This document shows, piece by piece, positions 34,049 to 42,324 of a stretch of 64,000 nucleotides of DNA (position 1 is its first letter; each line of letters starts with the position of its first letter). The position numbers were made by a program, and so were the translations under genes. The notes under the pieces were generated by a model, which saw nothing but the letters and a program-made list of their open reading frames with translations, had not been told where the DNA came from and did not search any database. The DNA comes from a virus (taxonomy: Duplodnaviria > Caudoviricetes). Where the stretch lies: the IMG/VR virus record IMGVR_UViG_3300037047_000216, positions 10,078 to 74,077 of that record; one strand, given 5' to 3'.

Positions 34049-34076
34049 CTACTCTAAAACGGGACTGGATGATCCC
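34049..34076 (-). promoter_or_regulatory. Phage promoter motif
   Basis: Exact motif copy. Confidence 0.7.
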
Positions 34077-34162
34077 AAAAACTGCCCGAGTACGGAGTCC
34101 AGTTTGCACTCTGGGTACAAAGGAGGCGCTTTAGGCACTCTAACGGGGTATCCGGATTCGGG

Positions 34163-34236
34163 TCAGGGTGAGAGGATTTGAACCTCCGGCAACTGCTTCC
34201 CAAAAGCAGAGCTCTACCAAGCTGAGCTACACCCTG
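34163..34236 (-). tRNA. tRNA-Pro(TGG)
   Basis: Cloverleaf; loop TTTGGGA. Confidence 0.9.
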
Positions 34237-34245
34237 ATATTCAAG

Positions 34246-34332
34246 TGCTCCCGCCCGGAGTTGCACCGGGGTTGTCTGATACCGGAATCGAACCGGCGAC
34301 CCTGTTAGGGAGCCCACCAGGACTGCAGGAGC
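34246..34332 (-). ncRNA. tRNA-like RNA with two T-arms
   Basis: GCTCCTGC/GCGGGAGC stem; GCCGG-TTCGATT-CCGGT and CCCGG-TGCAACT-CCGGG. Confidence 0.5.
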
Positions 34333-34369
34333 GTGCATTTAAAAAGATCGCTCTTTGTGGCGACCCTTG

Positions 34370-34444
34370 CGGTCCCAGCGGGATTTGAACCCGCGATCTC
34401 TGCGCTGACAACGCAGCGGGGACTCCGGACTCCCCTATGAGACC
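34370..34444 (-). tRNA. tRNA-Asp(GTC), second copy
   Basis: Cloverleaf; loop TTGTCAG. Confidence 0.85.
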
Positions 34445-34511
34445 TACGAGAGCCTTCCGGAGGCGCAGTCCCGTTTGGGGGCTTTTGCAACCGTTACGGC
34501 TCACAATCTTT

Positions 34512-34539
34512 CTACTCGGAATGCCCCTTAGATGATCCC
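34512..34539 (-). promoter_or_regulatory. Phage promoter motif
   Basis: Exact motif copy. Confidence 0.7.
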
Positions 34540-34989
34540 ATCCAAAGGATTTTTGTTGCCGCGGATCAGAATCAGGTCGAACATTTCGGTGAGTTCAGGG
34601 TTGGGCGTGCGGTCAACTACTACGACCTCACCACCCGTCAGTCCGACCCGAGAGACCAGAAACTCTAGCACCTTGAAGGCGTCGAACGTGTGGCACGAAT
34701 AGATGTCGAAGGACACCCTTTTGTGCAACGGCCATGTGTGAATGGACGTGTGAGAGGTGCCCAGGATAACAAACCCCGTCACGCCCCCACAATCGTCGTC
34801 ACAGTCCGCTTTCGATTCGTCCAGCGGAATTGACAGCACCATAGGTTCCATGAGGGGTTTCATCTCTACGAGCGCAACCACGTCTGAAAGCAGTTTCGAG
34901 ATGGGTGCCGTCTCCGACAAACTCGGGAGGAATTCATCGGAGACAAAACCAGTCAAGATGAAGTGAAGACCCCTGGTGCTGTTGTTCAT
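34528..34989 (-). CDS. speD: S-adenosylmethionine decarboxylase proenzyme (class 1b family)
   Basis: GVTGFVILGTSHTSIHTWP...FDIYSC. Confidence 0.8.
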   Translation of the reverse strand: MNNSTRGLHFILTGFVSDEFLPSLSETAPISKLLSDVVALVEMKPLMEPMVLSIPLDESKADCDDDCGGVTGFVILGTSHTSIHTWPLHKRVSFDIYSCHTFDAFKVLEFLVSRVGLTGGEVVVVDRTPNPELTEMFDLILIRGNKNPLDGII

Positions 34990-35081
34990 GGCACACCCCC
35001 AATCCCCACGAAACATCAAAATGTGGGAAATAGGAGGATCAACGTCAGCACCCGTTTTTGTAGTCGGGCAGGAATTGTTAG

Positions 35082-35160
35082 TCAGGGTGGCGGGACTCGA
35101 ACCCGCGATTGTTACCTCCAGTCCCCCAGACTGGCGCTCTACCAACTGAGCTACACCCTG
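35082..35160 (-). tRNA. tRNA-Pro(GGG) with enlarged variable loop
   Basis: Cloverleaf; loop CTGGGGG; variable loop AGGTAACAATC. Confidence 0.85.
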
Positions 35161-36074
35161 AAACTAAAAAGTTCAGATAGTTCGTTTTCCGGGTACAGAT
35201 TCTCCGGATATATTTCGAGCAATTGAAACCCATATTTTTGAGCTTGTGCCCGTTTTTTGACTATCGTGTCAACATAACTTGAGTTCGGGGAGTCTAAAAA
35301 TCCAAAATACTCCACCCATAATTTAGTGTCGGGCAAATAGAAATCACAGGTATACCTCCCTTCCGGGTAGTGCCAACTTCTTTCATGCTTAATATGGTGT
35401 TCCAAAAGCCATTCATCTATAAGTTTCTCTGAGACACTTTCCGCTATGTGCCCATCCTTGCAAGGAATACGTTTTCGGGGACACTTCCGATTGATGGGGA
35501 TCCCCAGTTCACGCATTGCTTTGTTCCAGGTACCAAAAAATCTGGATGTAGCATATTTCAGTTTCATCGACACCAGTTTGGTACTAGGGGCATTTCCGAT
35601 ATCGGCATACATGTGCAAAAGTGTGCTGGTCACCTCTTCTTTGGTGTACGGCAATGCACCAAACTCTAAGATCATCCCACATGCATTAGAGCAGGCACGG
35701 TGGTTTTCTTTTTTGGGGTAAAAGGAAGCCCCACAGATCTCACACATTCGCACCGGGCGTTTTCGTAGTGTCTGACGGGTGCGTTCTTTAGTTTCCTCTG
35801 TAGGGAGTGGTCGATGTTGGTTATTGTAAGAAGCTGCACATGAATGGGAACAGAAAATTCGACCCTTGGGAGACGAATTACGCTTTAGAGTACACCAAAC
35901 AGGTACCCCACAACCAAGACAACTTTTGGACTCCCCCGTCCTTTTCGATGCACCCTGACAGGTTGGGCTACAGTATTGGGCCCAATTGTTTTTCTGTGCC
36001 TCCCGAACTCTGTTGGCTGGTCGTTCAAAAGGTTGCCTACAACAACTACACTCGATAGTGATGCTTTTTGCCAT
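35151..36074 (-). CDS. Putative homing endonuclease (zinc fingers plus PD-(D/E)XK/Vsr-like domain), AT-rich
   Basis: Repeated CxxC...YCS/FCS motifs; DGH..ES.SEK.ID..L....YTCDFYLPD..LWVEYFG. Confidence 0.75.
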   Translation of the reverse strand: MAKSITIECSCCRQPFERPANRVREAQKNNWAQYCSPTCQGASKRTGESKSCLGCGVPVWCTLKRNSSPKGRIFCSHSCAASYNNQHRPLPTEETKERTRQTLRKRPVRMCEICGASFYPKKENHRACSNACGMILEFGALPYTKEEVTSTLLHMYADIGNAPSTKLVSMKLKYATSRFFGTWNKAMRELGIPINRKCPRKRIPCKDGHIAESVSEKLIDEWLLEHHIKHERSWHYPEGRYTCDFYLPDTKLWVEYFGFLDSPNSSYVDTIVKKRAQAQKYGFQLLEIYPENLYPENELSELFSFRV

Positions 36075-36132
36075 TAAGGTACCTCCAAAAAGAGGCACCT
36101 ATAGACAAGCTATCGGGGGGATCAGTTTTGGT

Positions 36133-36180
36133 GTCGGGGAGGTAAGAGTCGAACTCCTGCTCCCGAAACAGGAGTTTTAA
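36133..36180 (-). pseudogene. Truncated tRNA-Pro(CGG)-like remnant
   Basis: CCTGT-TTCGGGA-GCAGG arm, degenerate T-arm, no 5' half. Confidence 0.4.
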
Positions 36181-36211
36181 CCCTCTAGCTTTTTCCCGTG
36201 CTGTTTAGAGA

Positions 36212-36282
36212 AGGCGGCACCCGGACTTGAACCGGGGATCACGATTTTGCAGACCGTTGCCTTACCACTTGGCTATGCCGCC
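36212..36282 (-). tRNA. tRNA-Cys(GCA)
   Basis: Cloverleaf; U73. Confidence 0.9.
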
Positions 36283-36292
36283 AGAAAAAGAG

Positions 36293-36363
36293 CAGGGGCG
36301 GAAGGATTTGAACCTCCGATGCGGGGGCCAGAACCCCGTGCCTTACCACTTGGCGACGCCCCT
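36293..36363 (-). tRNA. tRNA-Gln(CTG)
   Basis: Cloverleaf; loop TTCTGGC. Confidence 0.9.
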
Positions 36364-36369
36364 AAAAAG

Positions 36370-36445
36370 TCGGGGTGACTGGATTTGAACCAGCGAAACC
36401 TCCCGGTCCCGAACCGGGCGCTCTACCAGACTGAGCTACACCCCG
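36370..36445 (-). tRNA. tRNA-Pro(CGG)
   Basis: Cloverleaf; loop TTCGGGA. Confidence 0.9.
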
Positions 36446-36541
36446 AGGTTTGAGGGTAACGGGACGGCTCCCTCAGCCGGTTGACTTCTCGACCCCGTTT
36501 GTGAGTCAACAGACCTTGTGACGACGCAGTCAACTGCAGAG

Positions 36542-36615
36542 TTGTGGTGGCGGGGATCGAACCCGCGTACTCCAGCTTATGAGGCTGGCGCTTGAACCAA
36601 CTCAGCTACACCACA
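36542..36615 (-). tRNA. tRNA-Met(CAT) (or Ile2)
   Basis: Cloverleaf; loop CTCATAA. Confidence 0.85.
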
Positions 36616-36623
36616 ATACCGAG

Positions 36624-36697
36624 TCCGTCCGGGCAGAATTGAACTGCCGACCTAGCGGTTATCAGCCGCTCGCTCTAGCCACCTGAGCTACGGACGG
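36624..36697 (-). tRNA. tRNA-Ile(GAT), second copy with a different acceptor stem
   Basis: D and anticodon arms identical to 20165..20238; acceptor CCGTCCG/CGGACGG. Confidence 0.85.
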
Positions 36698-36704
36698 ATA
36701 GGAG

Positions 36705-36778
36705 TATCCCCGGGCGGATTTGAACCGCCGACCTTCGGATCCGCAATCCGACGCTCTATCCATCTGAGCTACGGGGAC
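36705..36778 (-). tRNA. tRNA-Arg(GCG)
   Basis: Cloverleaf; arm TCGGA-TTGCGGA-TCCGA. Confidence 0.85.
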
Positions 36779-36783
36779 ACAAG

Positions 36784-36857
36784 TACGCTCGGCCGGGCTC
36801 GAACCGGCGACCTTCGGCTTCGGAGACCGACGCTCTTTCCATCTGAGCTACGAGCGC
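36784..36857 (-). tRNA. tRNA-Arg(CCG)
   Basis: Cloverleaf; loop CTCCGAA. Confidence 0.9.
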
Positions 36858-36890
36858 ATTTTTCTCACCCCTCAAAAACCGGAGGAAAAG

Positions 36891-36964
36891 TGACCCCAGC
36901 GGGATTTGAACCCGCGTTCCCGGATTGAAAGCCCAGTGTCCTGACCGGACTAGACGATGGGGTC
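36891..36964 (-). tRNA. tRNA-Glu(TTC), second copy
   Basis: Cloverleaf; loop CTTTCAA. Confidence 0.9.
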
Positions 36965-37030
36965 ATTTTCCGGTCTCACAACCGGAAGGGCGCTCCTTCT
37001 GTTTTCTACCGTCGCGCCTGACCGTCATTG

Positions 37031-37103
37031 TCCCTCCGGTAGGTCTCGAACCTACGACCCCCTGATTAAGAGTCAGGTGCTCTTCCAACTGAGCTACGGA
37101 GGG
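37031..37103 (-). tRNA. tRNA-Lys(CTT), second copy
   Basis: Cloverleaf; loop CTCTTAA. Confidence 0.9.
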
Positions 37104-37113
37104 ATGACTTTAC

Positions 37114-37339
37114 TGGTGCGGGTGAGGGGAATCGAACCCCCATATCGGAACGGTGCCTCTCAGGTCTCGCGCTTTCCTACTCGGCCCGTACTGGCTGTTT
37201 CGGTGCTTCTGGAGCCCGGCACCCGTACCCCTTCGGGGGAACGCCACAACGCAGCTTTTTACCCGTTCAGGATACCTCCGACCCTACGTAGGTCTCCGGC
37301 TCCGGTTTTCCGGCGCTCATCCATTTGAGCTACACCCGC
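37114..37339 (-). ncRNA. 226-nt tRNA-framed RNA with a structured insert of about 150 nt in place of the anticodon arm; CCA encoded
   Basis: GCGGGTG/CACCCGC-A-CCA; D-arm GCTC-AAATGGAT-GAGC; T-arm GGGGG-TTCGATT-CCCCT. Confidence 0.7.
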
Positions 37340-37346
37340 AAACAAG

Positions 37347-37420
37347 CTCCCGGGGCCGGACTTGAACCGGCGACCAAACGGTTAACAGCCGTTCGCTACT
37401 ACCAACTGAGCTACCCGGGA
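37347..37420 (-). tRNA. tRNA-Asn(GTT)
   Basis: Cloverleaf; loop CTGTTAA. Confidence 0.9.
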
Positions 37421-37473
37421 ATAGAAGTCTAGAGGACGGCAGGGTTATCAGCCCTGCTCCCATCTATTGATTG

Positions 37474-37549
37474 GGTGGCCGATGAGATTTGAACTCATGT
37501 CGCAGGCGTCACAAGCCTTCATCCTGGGCCAGACTAGACGACGGCCACC
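37474..37549 (-). tRNA. tRNA-His(GTG) with encoded G-1
   Basis: G-1 opposite C73; loop TTGTGAC. Confidence 0.9.
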
Positions 37550-37640
37550 ACAAGGGGAAAGCCCCTTCCCCCGAAGGTTCAGGGGCACCCCCTCAAACGG
37601 CGGATCCAGGCTGGGTGACCCGTTCCGCCGTGACGTTCGC

Positions 37641-37658
37641 TATTCAATTGTCAAAGAA
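37641..37658 (-). promoter_or_regulatory. boxA-like antitermination site in the tRNA cluster leader
   Basis: TTCTTTGACAATTGAATA resembles rRNA-leader boxA (TCTTTAACAA type). Confidence 0.5.
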
Positions 37659-37747
37659 TCTCCGGGCTGAACCCGACATCCCTACCCGTGTAGGGAAACT
37701 ATATCCGAGTCACCATTTGTGACAGGTATGGGATGGAATTTTCACCA

Positions 37748-37784
37748 ACAAAAAAAGCCGAACACGTTTTTCGTGCCCGGCTTC
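37748..37784 (-). terminator. Intrinsic terminator
   Basis: AAGCCGGGCACG-AAAAA-CGTGTTCGGCTT followed by a T-run. Confidence 0.6.
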
Positions 37785-38021
37785 TGACCGCTTACGCTCT
37801 GGAGAGCTTGATCAGGAGTCCGGGCGCCCCCTTGGATCGCAGCCGACGTGATTGTCGGCGGGGATCGGGGCGGGCTGCCCCTGCACGCACATCGGCTGAC
37901 GCGCTTCGACGGCTTTCGCCGTCTGACGCTTCTGCCGTCTGATCTGTGCCTGCATGGACAACATCACCGAAACTCCATCCTGCTCTGCCGAACTGGCGAG
38001 CTTGCCGAAACCTTACTGCAC

Positions 38022-38051
38022 CCTACGCCTAAGAGTCAAGAACTTTTTTCG
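38022..38051 (-). promoter_or_regulatory. Sigma70-like promoter TTGACT-N18-TAAGGT
   Basis: Consensus-like, with an A-rich upstream element. Confidence 0.45.
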
Positions 38052-38161
38052 CCCCCTTGCTTTTTCTGGAACCCCTTGACGGCATGGGGTTGAAGCGAGA
38101 TCGAAACCACGCTGCAATCCGATACCATCAAAGGGCGCGAGGAACTGCTCCTCGGTGGTTT

Positions 38162-38189
38162 CTACTCGAAACGTGGGCAAGATGATCCC
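38162..38189 (-). promoter_or_regulatory. Phage promoter motif
   Basis: Exact motif copy. Confidence 0.7.
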
Positions 38190-38206
38190 GGGGCTCGGTC
38201 GAATTC

Positions 38207-38509
38207 TCACTCCCCGAAGATGGGGTTGGGGATGTAGCACGCGGGTCGGAAAAACTGGGCGTCACACGAGCGGCACTTCAGAATGACGGTGTGGTATCCG
38301 GAAGCGCCCGACGGCAGCCCCCCTCTTTCCGATGGCGTACAGCGACGGGCTCCGACCCGCACGATGTCGTGCTTGGCGTGCCAGCGGAACCACAGGAACT
38401 TGCGCGGGCGATTCGGACACGGACCCTTGGACTCATACGCCATGATCATCGCTCCTGGTAGAGGCCATGGTTCTGGATGTAGTCGAGCACCGGCTGCGGG
38501 ACGAGCCAC
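38207..38509 (-). CDS. Small hypothetical protein (start uncertain)
   Basis: Cys-containing ORF. Confidence 0.4.
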   Translation of the reverse strand: MARPAAGARLHPEPWPLPGAMIMAYESKGPCPNRPRKFLWFRWHAKHDIVRVGARRCTPSERGGLPSGASGYHTVILKCRSCDAQFFRPACYIPNPIFGE

Positions 38510-39006
38510 TGCGCTTGGTCCGTCCTACCGCTGCGGATCATCTCCCTGATCTCGGTGCTGGAGATAGGAGGCAGGTGCATGCTAAAGGGACGGTCGGAGT
38601 TGGTTCCCTCGCGACCGATGACGAAAAACTCGACCTTCTGCTGGAGTTGCTCCCAGCGCTCCCACCTTTCCCGGTCCCTCCAGTTGTCTTCCCCGATGAT
38701 GAACGTGAACTTGTGATGGGGGTAGTCCCTCGCCAGGGAGTCGATCAGGTCGATCGTGAACCGGGTTTTGTAGACGCTCTCCAGCCGGGCGAGCGTGACT
38801 TTCGGGTGGCAGCAGGCGCGAACGGCGAGTTCCATCATCTCCGCACGCTGCTCGAAGGGGATCAGGGTTTTGCCGAAGGAATGGTCCCAGCAGGGAAGGC
38901 ACCAGATCTGGTCGAACCCGCCCACCGCCAGAGCGTAGTTCATCGCCATCACGTGGGCGACGTGCGGAGGATTGAACGCACCCCCGAAAAGTCCGACTCG
39001 AGCCAT
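38446..39006 (-). CDS. nadD: Nicotinate-nucleotide adenylyltransferase
   Basis: GLFGGAFNPPHVAH, FIIGEDN...W..W, ISSTEIR. Confidence 0.9.
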   Translation of the reverse strand: MARVGLFGGAFNPPHVAHVMAMNYALAVGGFDQIWCLPCWDHSFGKTLIPFEQRAEMMELAVRACCHPKVTLARLESVYKTRFTIDLIDSLARDYPHHKFTFIIGEDNWRDRERWERWEQLQQKVEFFVIGREGTNSDRPFSMHLPPISSTEIREMIRSGRTDQAQWLVPQPVLDYIQNHGLYQER

Positions 39007-39029
39007 GTCACTGGTCCTCCCTAAGAGGA

Positions 39030-39057
39030 CTACTCTGCGGGTGCGACAGATGATCCC
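39030..39057 (-). promoter_or_regulatory. Phage promoter motif upstream of nadD
   Basis: Exact motif copy. Confidence 0.7.
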
Positions 39058-39059
39058 CA

Positions 39060-39587
39060 TTAGGGGCCGGAGGGGGACTCCGGCGTTGGGGCATGAGGAT
39101 GTGCCCGGAGGGCTTCGCGGCGGTAGCAGGCGTCAATCGGATCCCGAGCGAACCAACCCAGATTTTCCAGGCAGATGCACTGGTCGACTCCGGTCTGGGC
39201 CAAACACGCCCCATGGTTCCGGATCCTGGTCAGTTCCTCTTGTCGGGCTTTTTCTTTTTTGGCATCCGCCTGGGCTTTCTCGACCTGGGTACGCTGAATG
39301 ACGGTCTGGTACTCCTGTTGCTGGTTCTTGTCATAGGTCTGAACCAGAGGCGCGAAAACGAACACCGTCAGGACAGACAGCACCGCTCCCGTCACAACGG
39401 TCAAGAACACGTTTCGGATGGTCGAGTGCCGACTACGCCTTGCACGTTCCTCGGCTTCCAGTACCCTGCCCGTGGCCCACTCCATCTTCTGCTGGTAGTC
39501 GACAAGCTGACGGCCAGAGATTGTCCCCAGGCGCTGGCACAGGGGACAATCATTGATCGCATCCGGTTCAATTTTACGCTGTGCCAT
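39060..39587 (-). CDS. Hypothetical membrane protein with coiled coil
   Basis: Single transmembrane segment. Confidence 0.55.
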   Translation of the reverse strand: MAQRKIEPDAINDCPLCQRLGTISGRQLVDYQQKMEWATGRVLEAEERARRSRHSTIRNVFLTVVTGAVLSVLTVFVFAPLVQTYDKNQQQEYQTVIQRTQVEKAQADAKKEKARQEELTRIRNHGACLAQTGVDQCICLENLGWFARDPIDACYRREALRAHPHAPTPESPSGP

Positions 39588-39595
39588 GAGATTTC

Positions 39596-39964
39596 CTAAA
39601 CCGTCCACCGCTCCTCAGGCGGCCAGCATGTGCAGTTCGAGTTGCGTTCCCGACAAGTCCCGCAGTAGTAACCCCCATTATAAGTGTAGATCGGGCTCTG
39701 GGGGTTCTCCCGCCACATCGGAGTGGGCAGTTTTTTGCCACAGAAGGGACAGAACTTCGGGCTCTCTTTCAGGAACCGAAACGGAGGGACCTCCATCTGA
39801 GCACTGCCTGACAGTACCCAGCGGGGGTTCCCGTCATCACCGCACTGGAGGGAGATCAGTCCAGTCTCTTGGGACGGAGGGCAACACCCCGGAATGATGA
39901 TCAATCGCCGGTAGGTGGGCTCGTTCTCAAACACGGGTTCTGTAGTCCACCTGATATCCATCAA
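39596..39964 (-). CDS. Cys-rich hypothetical protein
   Basis: FCPFCG, YCGTC. Confidence 0.55.
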   Translation of the reverse strand: MMDIRWTTEPVFENEPTYRRLIIIPGCCPPSQETGLISLQCGDDGNPRWVLSGSAQMEVPPFRFLKESPKFCPFCGKKLPTPMWRENPQSPIYTYNGGYYCGTCRERNSNCTCWPPEERWTV

Positions 39965-40836
39965 CCGACCTCGAAATCGATTCCCATGGCCTGAAGTTCT
40001 TTGTACCGCTCCCGGTCGAACCTGTACAGCTTTCCTGCTGGGCCACGATCCGAGGCCATGTTGGTTTCGGTGTCGATGAGCAGTCCGGATTTCAGTACCT
40101 GGCGTCGGAAGTTGCGCTTGTCAATCGAGTGACCCAGGATCACTTCGTATAGGCGCTGGAGCATCCCGAGGGAGAACTCCTCCGGGAGCAGACCGAGACC
40201 GATCGGGTGCCCTCGAACTTTCGACCGGAGACGTTCCAGCCCTTTCCGGACGATCTCCGCGTGATCGAAAGCCAGCGCAGGGTGGTTCTTGACGGGGAAC
40301 CACTCTGCTTTTCGGGCATCATCCGCGGCCTCGACCTTCATGTTGTCCGGGGACACGAGCGCGAGGTATGCAGTCGAAATCACGTACCCTCTGGGGTCAC
40401 GGTCCGGACGCCCGAACGTGTAAAGCTGCTCCAGGTAGGAGAGTTTTACGTGGGTCTCTTCCTCCAGTTCCCGTCGCACGCAGGCGTCGAGATCCTCACC
40501 GAGGTTGAGGAAGCCACCCGGGAGCGCCCAGAATCCGTAGAACGGTTCGTTCTCCCGCCCCCGCATGATCAGCAAGATGACGAGTTCGTCGTTCAGGAGT
40601 CCGAACAGCACCGCGTCCGTCGTGTTGTCCGCTTTTGGAAACTCGTAGACATGACATCTCCGAAGGAAATCCACGAATTGGTCAAGATCCATCCCCGCGG
40701 GAACGACAGGCTGCGAGACGTGGCCGAAAAGAGACCCCTCGGTCACCGGGTGCAACTGTCTCCGGGCCTGTTCCGCCATCTCCCGGAGCATCCGTTCGAC
40801 GGCCTGCTCCACGGTGCGACGTGTGGGCTTGCTCAT
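39961..40836 (-). CDS. nrtR: NrtR-family regulator (Nudix plus winged HTH)
   Basis: WALPGGF...CVRRELEEET, LEQLYTFGRPDRDPR, LAFDH, IDKRNFRR. Confidence 0.9.
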   Translation of the reverse strand: MSKPTRRTVEQAVERMLREMAEQARRQLHPVTEGSLFGHVSQPVVPAGMDLDQFVDFLRRCHVYEFPKADNTTDAVLFGLLNDELVILLIMRGRENEPFYGFWALPGGFLNLGEDLDACVRRELEEETHVKLSYLEQLYTFGRPDRDPRGYVISTAYLALVSPDNMKVEAADDARKAEWFPVKNHPALAFDHAEIVRKGLERLRSKVRGHPIGLGLLPEEFSLGMLQRLYEVILGHSIDKRNFRRQVLKSGLLIDTETNMASDRGPAGKLYRFDRERYKELQAMGIDFEVG

Positions 40837-41678
40837 GTGCGTGCCAGTGCCTCGTCCACGAGTACCTCCTGCGAGTACTCTGGGGTCTTCCTGTCGAAGA
40901 TGAAACCCTCCCGGTTGGTGACCTGGGTGAACGCCACCGGGATGCCCATCTCCTGCGTGTCCCATCGCACGACCACCAGATCCGGGTTGGCGCGGGCGTC
41001 GTGTTTCGGGGGGAGCGCTTTCAGTTCCGCCGTGGTGAACGGGCGAGCGACCCGGACACGGCGAACCCAGGTTCCCCGTTTCGCCCAGTCCGCGTAGAGA
41101 TCCCAGTCGATGTCCAGTTCATGCCGGAGCATCCGGATGATCTCGGCGGTGTCCTTCCCGTGGAGCCCCTTGTGGCTGAAGTGGGCCTGCCCGGCGGACA
41201 GGATGCTGTTCCGCGTCGCGTCCAGTTCCCTCCAGAGGAAGGTGTTGGCCGCTTCCGTCTGCGACGGAACGGCCCACACCCGGCAGTCGAACATGGGCAG
41301 CAGGTTCGCTTTCTCGGGCAGGAACGCCGGGAGGAACAGATTGAACACGGCGGTCGCCATGGCCGCCAGTACACTCGTCATCTTCTGGACGCGCCCGTCG
41401 AAAAAGATCTGGCTGCCCTCGTTCTCCTGGTGCCAGACGAGGGAGATCTCATCCGACTGGGTGTAACCCATCCGGGCGTTCGTTTCCTCCACCAGATGGC
41501 GGGTTACCCGCACCATGAGGCGATGGAAGCGCTCGTCGAAGGGCTTCTCCAGCCCCCGGCAGAACGTGTGGAAAGCGCGCCCATCCAGCCGCGCCATTAC
41601 GATGGAGTTGGGCGGGAACCGTCGTCCGGCTTCCTCGCTCTCGTACCCTTTCATCCGGTCGCCCAGCTTGTCGTCCAT
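40833..41678 (-). CDS. Thg1-like 3'-5' polymerase (tRNA-His guanylyltransferase family)
   Basis: RMKGYE, RLDGRAFHTF, YTQSDEIS, FDGRVQK, FDCR. Confidence 0.92.
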   Translation of the reverse strand: MDDKLGDRMKGYESEEAGRRFPPNSIVMARLDGRAFHTFCRGLEKPFDERFHRLMVRVTRHLVEETNARMGYTQSDEISLVWHQENEGSQIFFDGRVQKMTSVLAAMATAVFNLFLPAFLPEKANLLPMFDCRVWAVPSQTEAANTFLWRELDATRNSILSAGQAHFSHKGLHGKDTAEIIRMLRHELDIDWDLYADWAKRGTWVRRVRVARPFTTAELKALPPKHDARANPDLVVVRWDTQEMGIPVAFTQVTNREGFIFDRKTPEYSQEVLVDEALART

Positions 41679-41727
41679 GTGCCTCAGTCCTTGAGCATCG
41701 GACAAATCAATCCAGCCCCTACACAGG

Positions 41728-41755
41728 CTACTCAGGCATCGGCCTGGATGATCCC
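41728..41755 (-). promoter_or_regulatory. Phage promoter motif
   Basis: Exact motif copy upstream of the Thg1-like/nrtR operon. Confidence 0.7.
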
Positions 41756-41943
41756 GGAGTTGAGCCCCTTAGGGCTCCGGAATAGCCCTTAGTCGATCCA
41801 CCGGATCAGGTGCCAACTGGATTTCAGGAGGGGGGCAGGTTACCTGAACTGGCGGCGGGGACCCGCAGTGACACGTAAACCCGCAACCCGTCAGTCCCAG
41901 CGCCAGTAAGGCAAGGAGAGCATTCAGGTACTTCAGCATGGGT

Positions 41944-42324
41944 CTAACTCTTTACCGGAACCTTGTGCAGATTCCCGTCGGGGCCTCGTTCCACAGTCAC
42001 GTAAACGATCTCGGTCGCGGTCACGGCACAGGGGGCCTCCTGTCCGTCTCTGCTGGCCTCGATGTCTACCTGAACCGTGATGGATGTGTCTCCGATCTTT
42101 ACGAGGCTCGTGTAGAACGTGACCACGTCCCCGATCTGAACGGGACGGGTGAACTCGATCCCGTTCATGAACCGGGTCACGACATCGTGCTTGGTATGAC
42201 GCCGAGCTTCGACGGCGCCTGCGAGATCCATCTCCGCCAGAAGGGTTCCACCGAAAACCATCCCATGATGATTCGTGTCCCTGGGAAGCAGAATCCGGCG
42301 GATCGCAATGTGACGCTCGCTCAT
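41944..42324 (-). CDS. Acyl-CoA thioesterase (HotDog fold)
   Basis: LPRDTNHHGMVFGGTLLAEMDLA. Confidence 0.9.
   Translation of the reverse strand: MSERHIAIRRILLPRDTNHHGMVFGGTLLAEMDLAGAVEARRHTKHDVVTRFMNGIEFTRPVQIGDVVTFYTSLVKIGDTSITVQVDIEASRDGQEAPCAVTATEIVYVTVERGPDGNLHKVPVKS

Noticed and set aside
34085-34160. Weak tRNA-like remnant with GTGCAAAC
   Set aside because: No convincing acceptor or T-stem pairing
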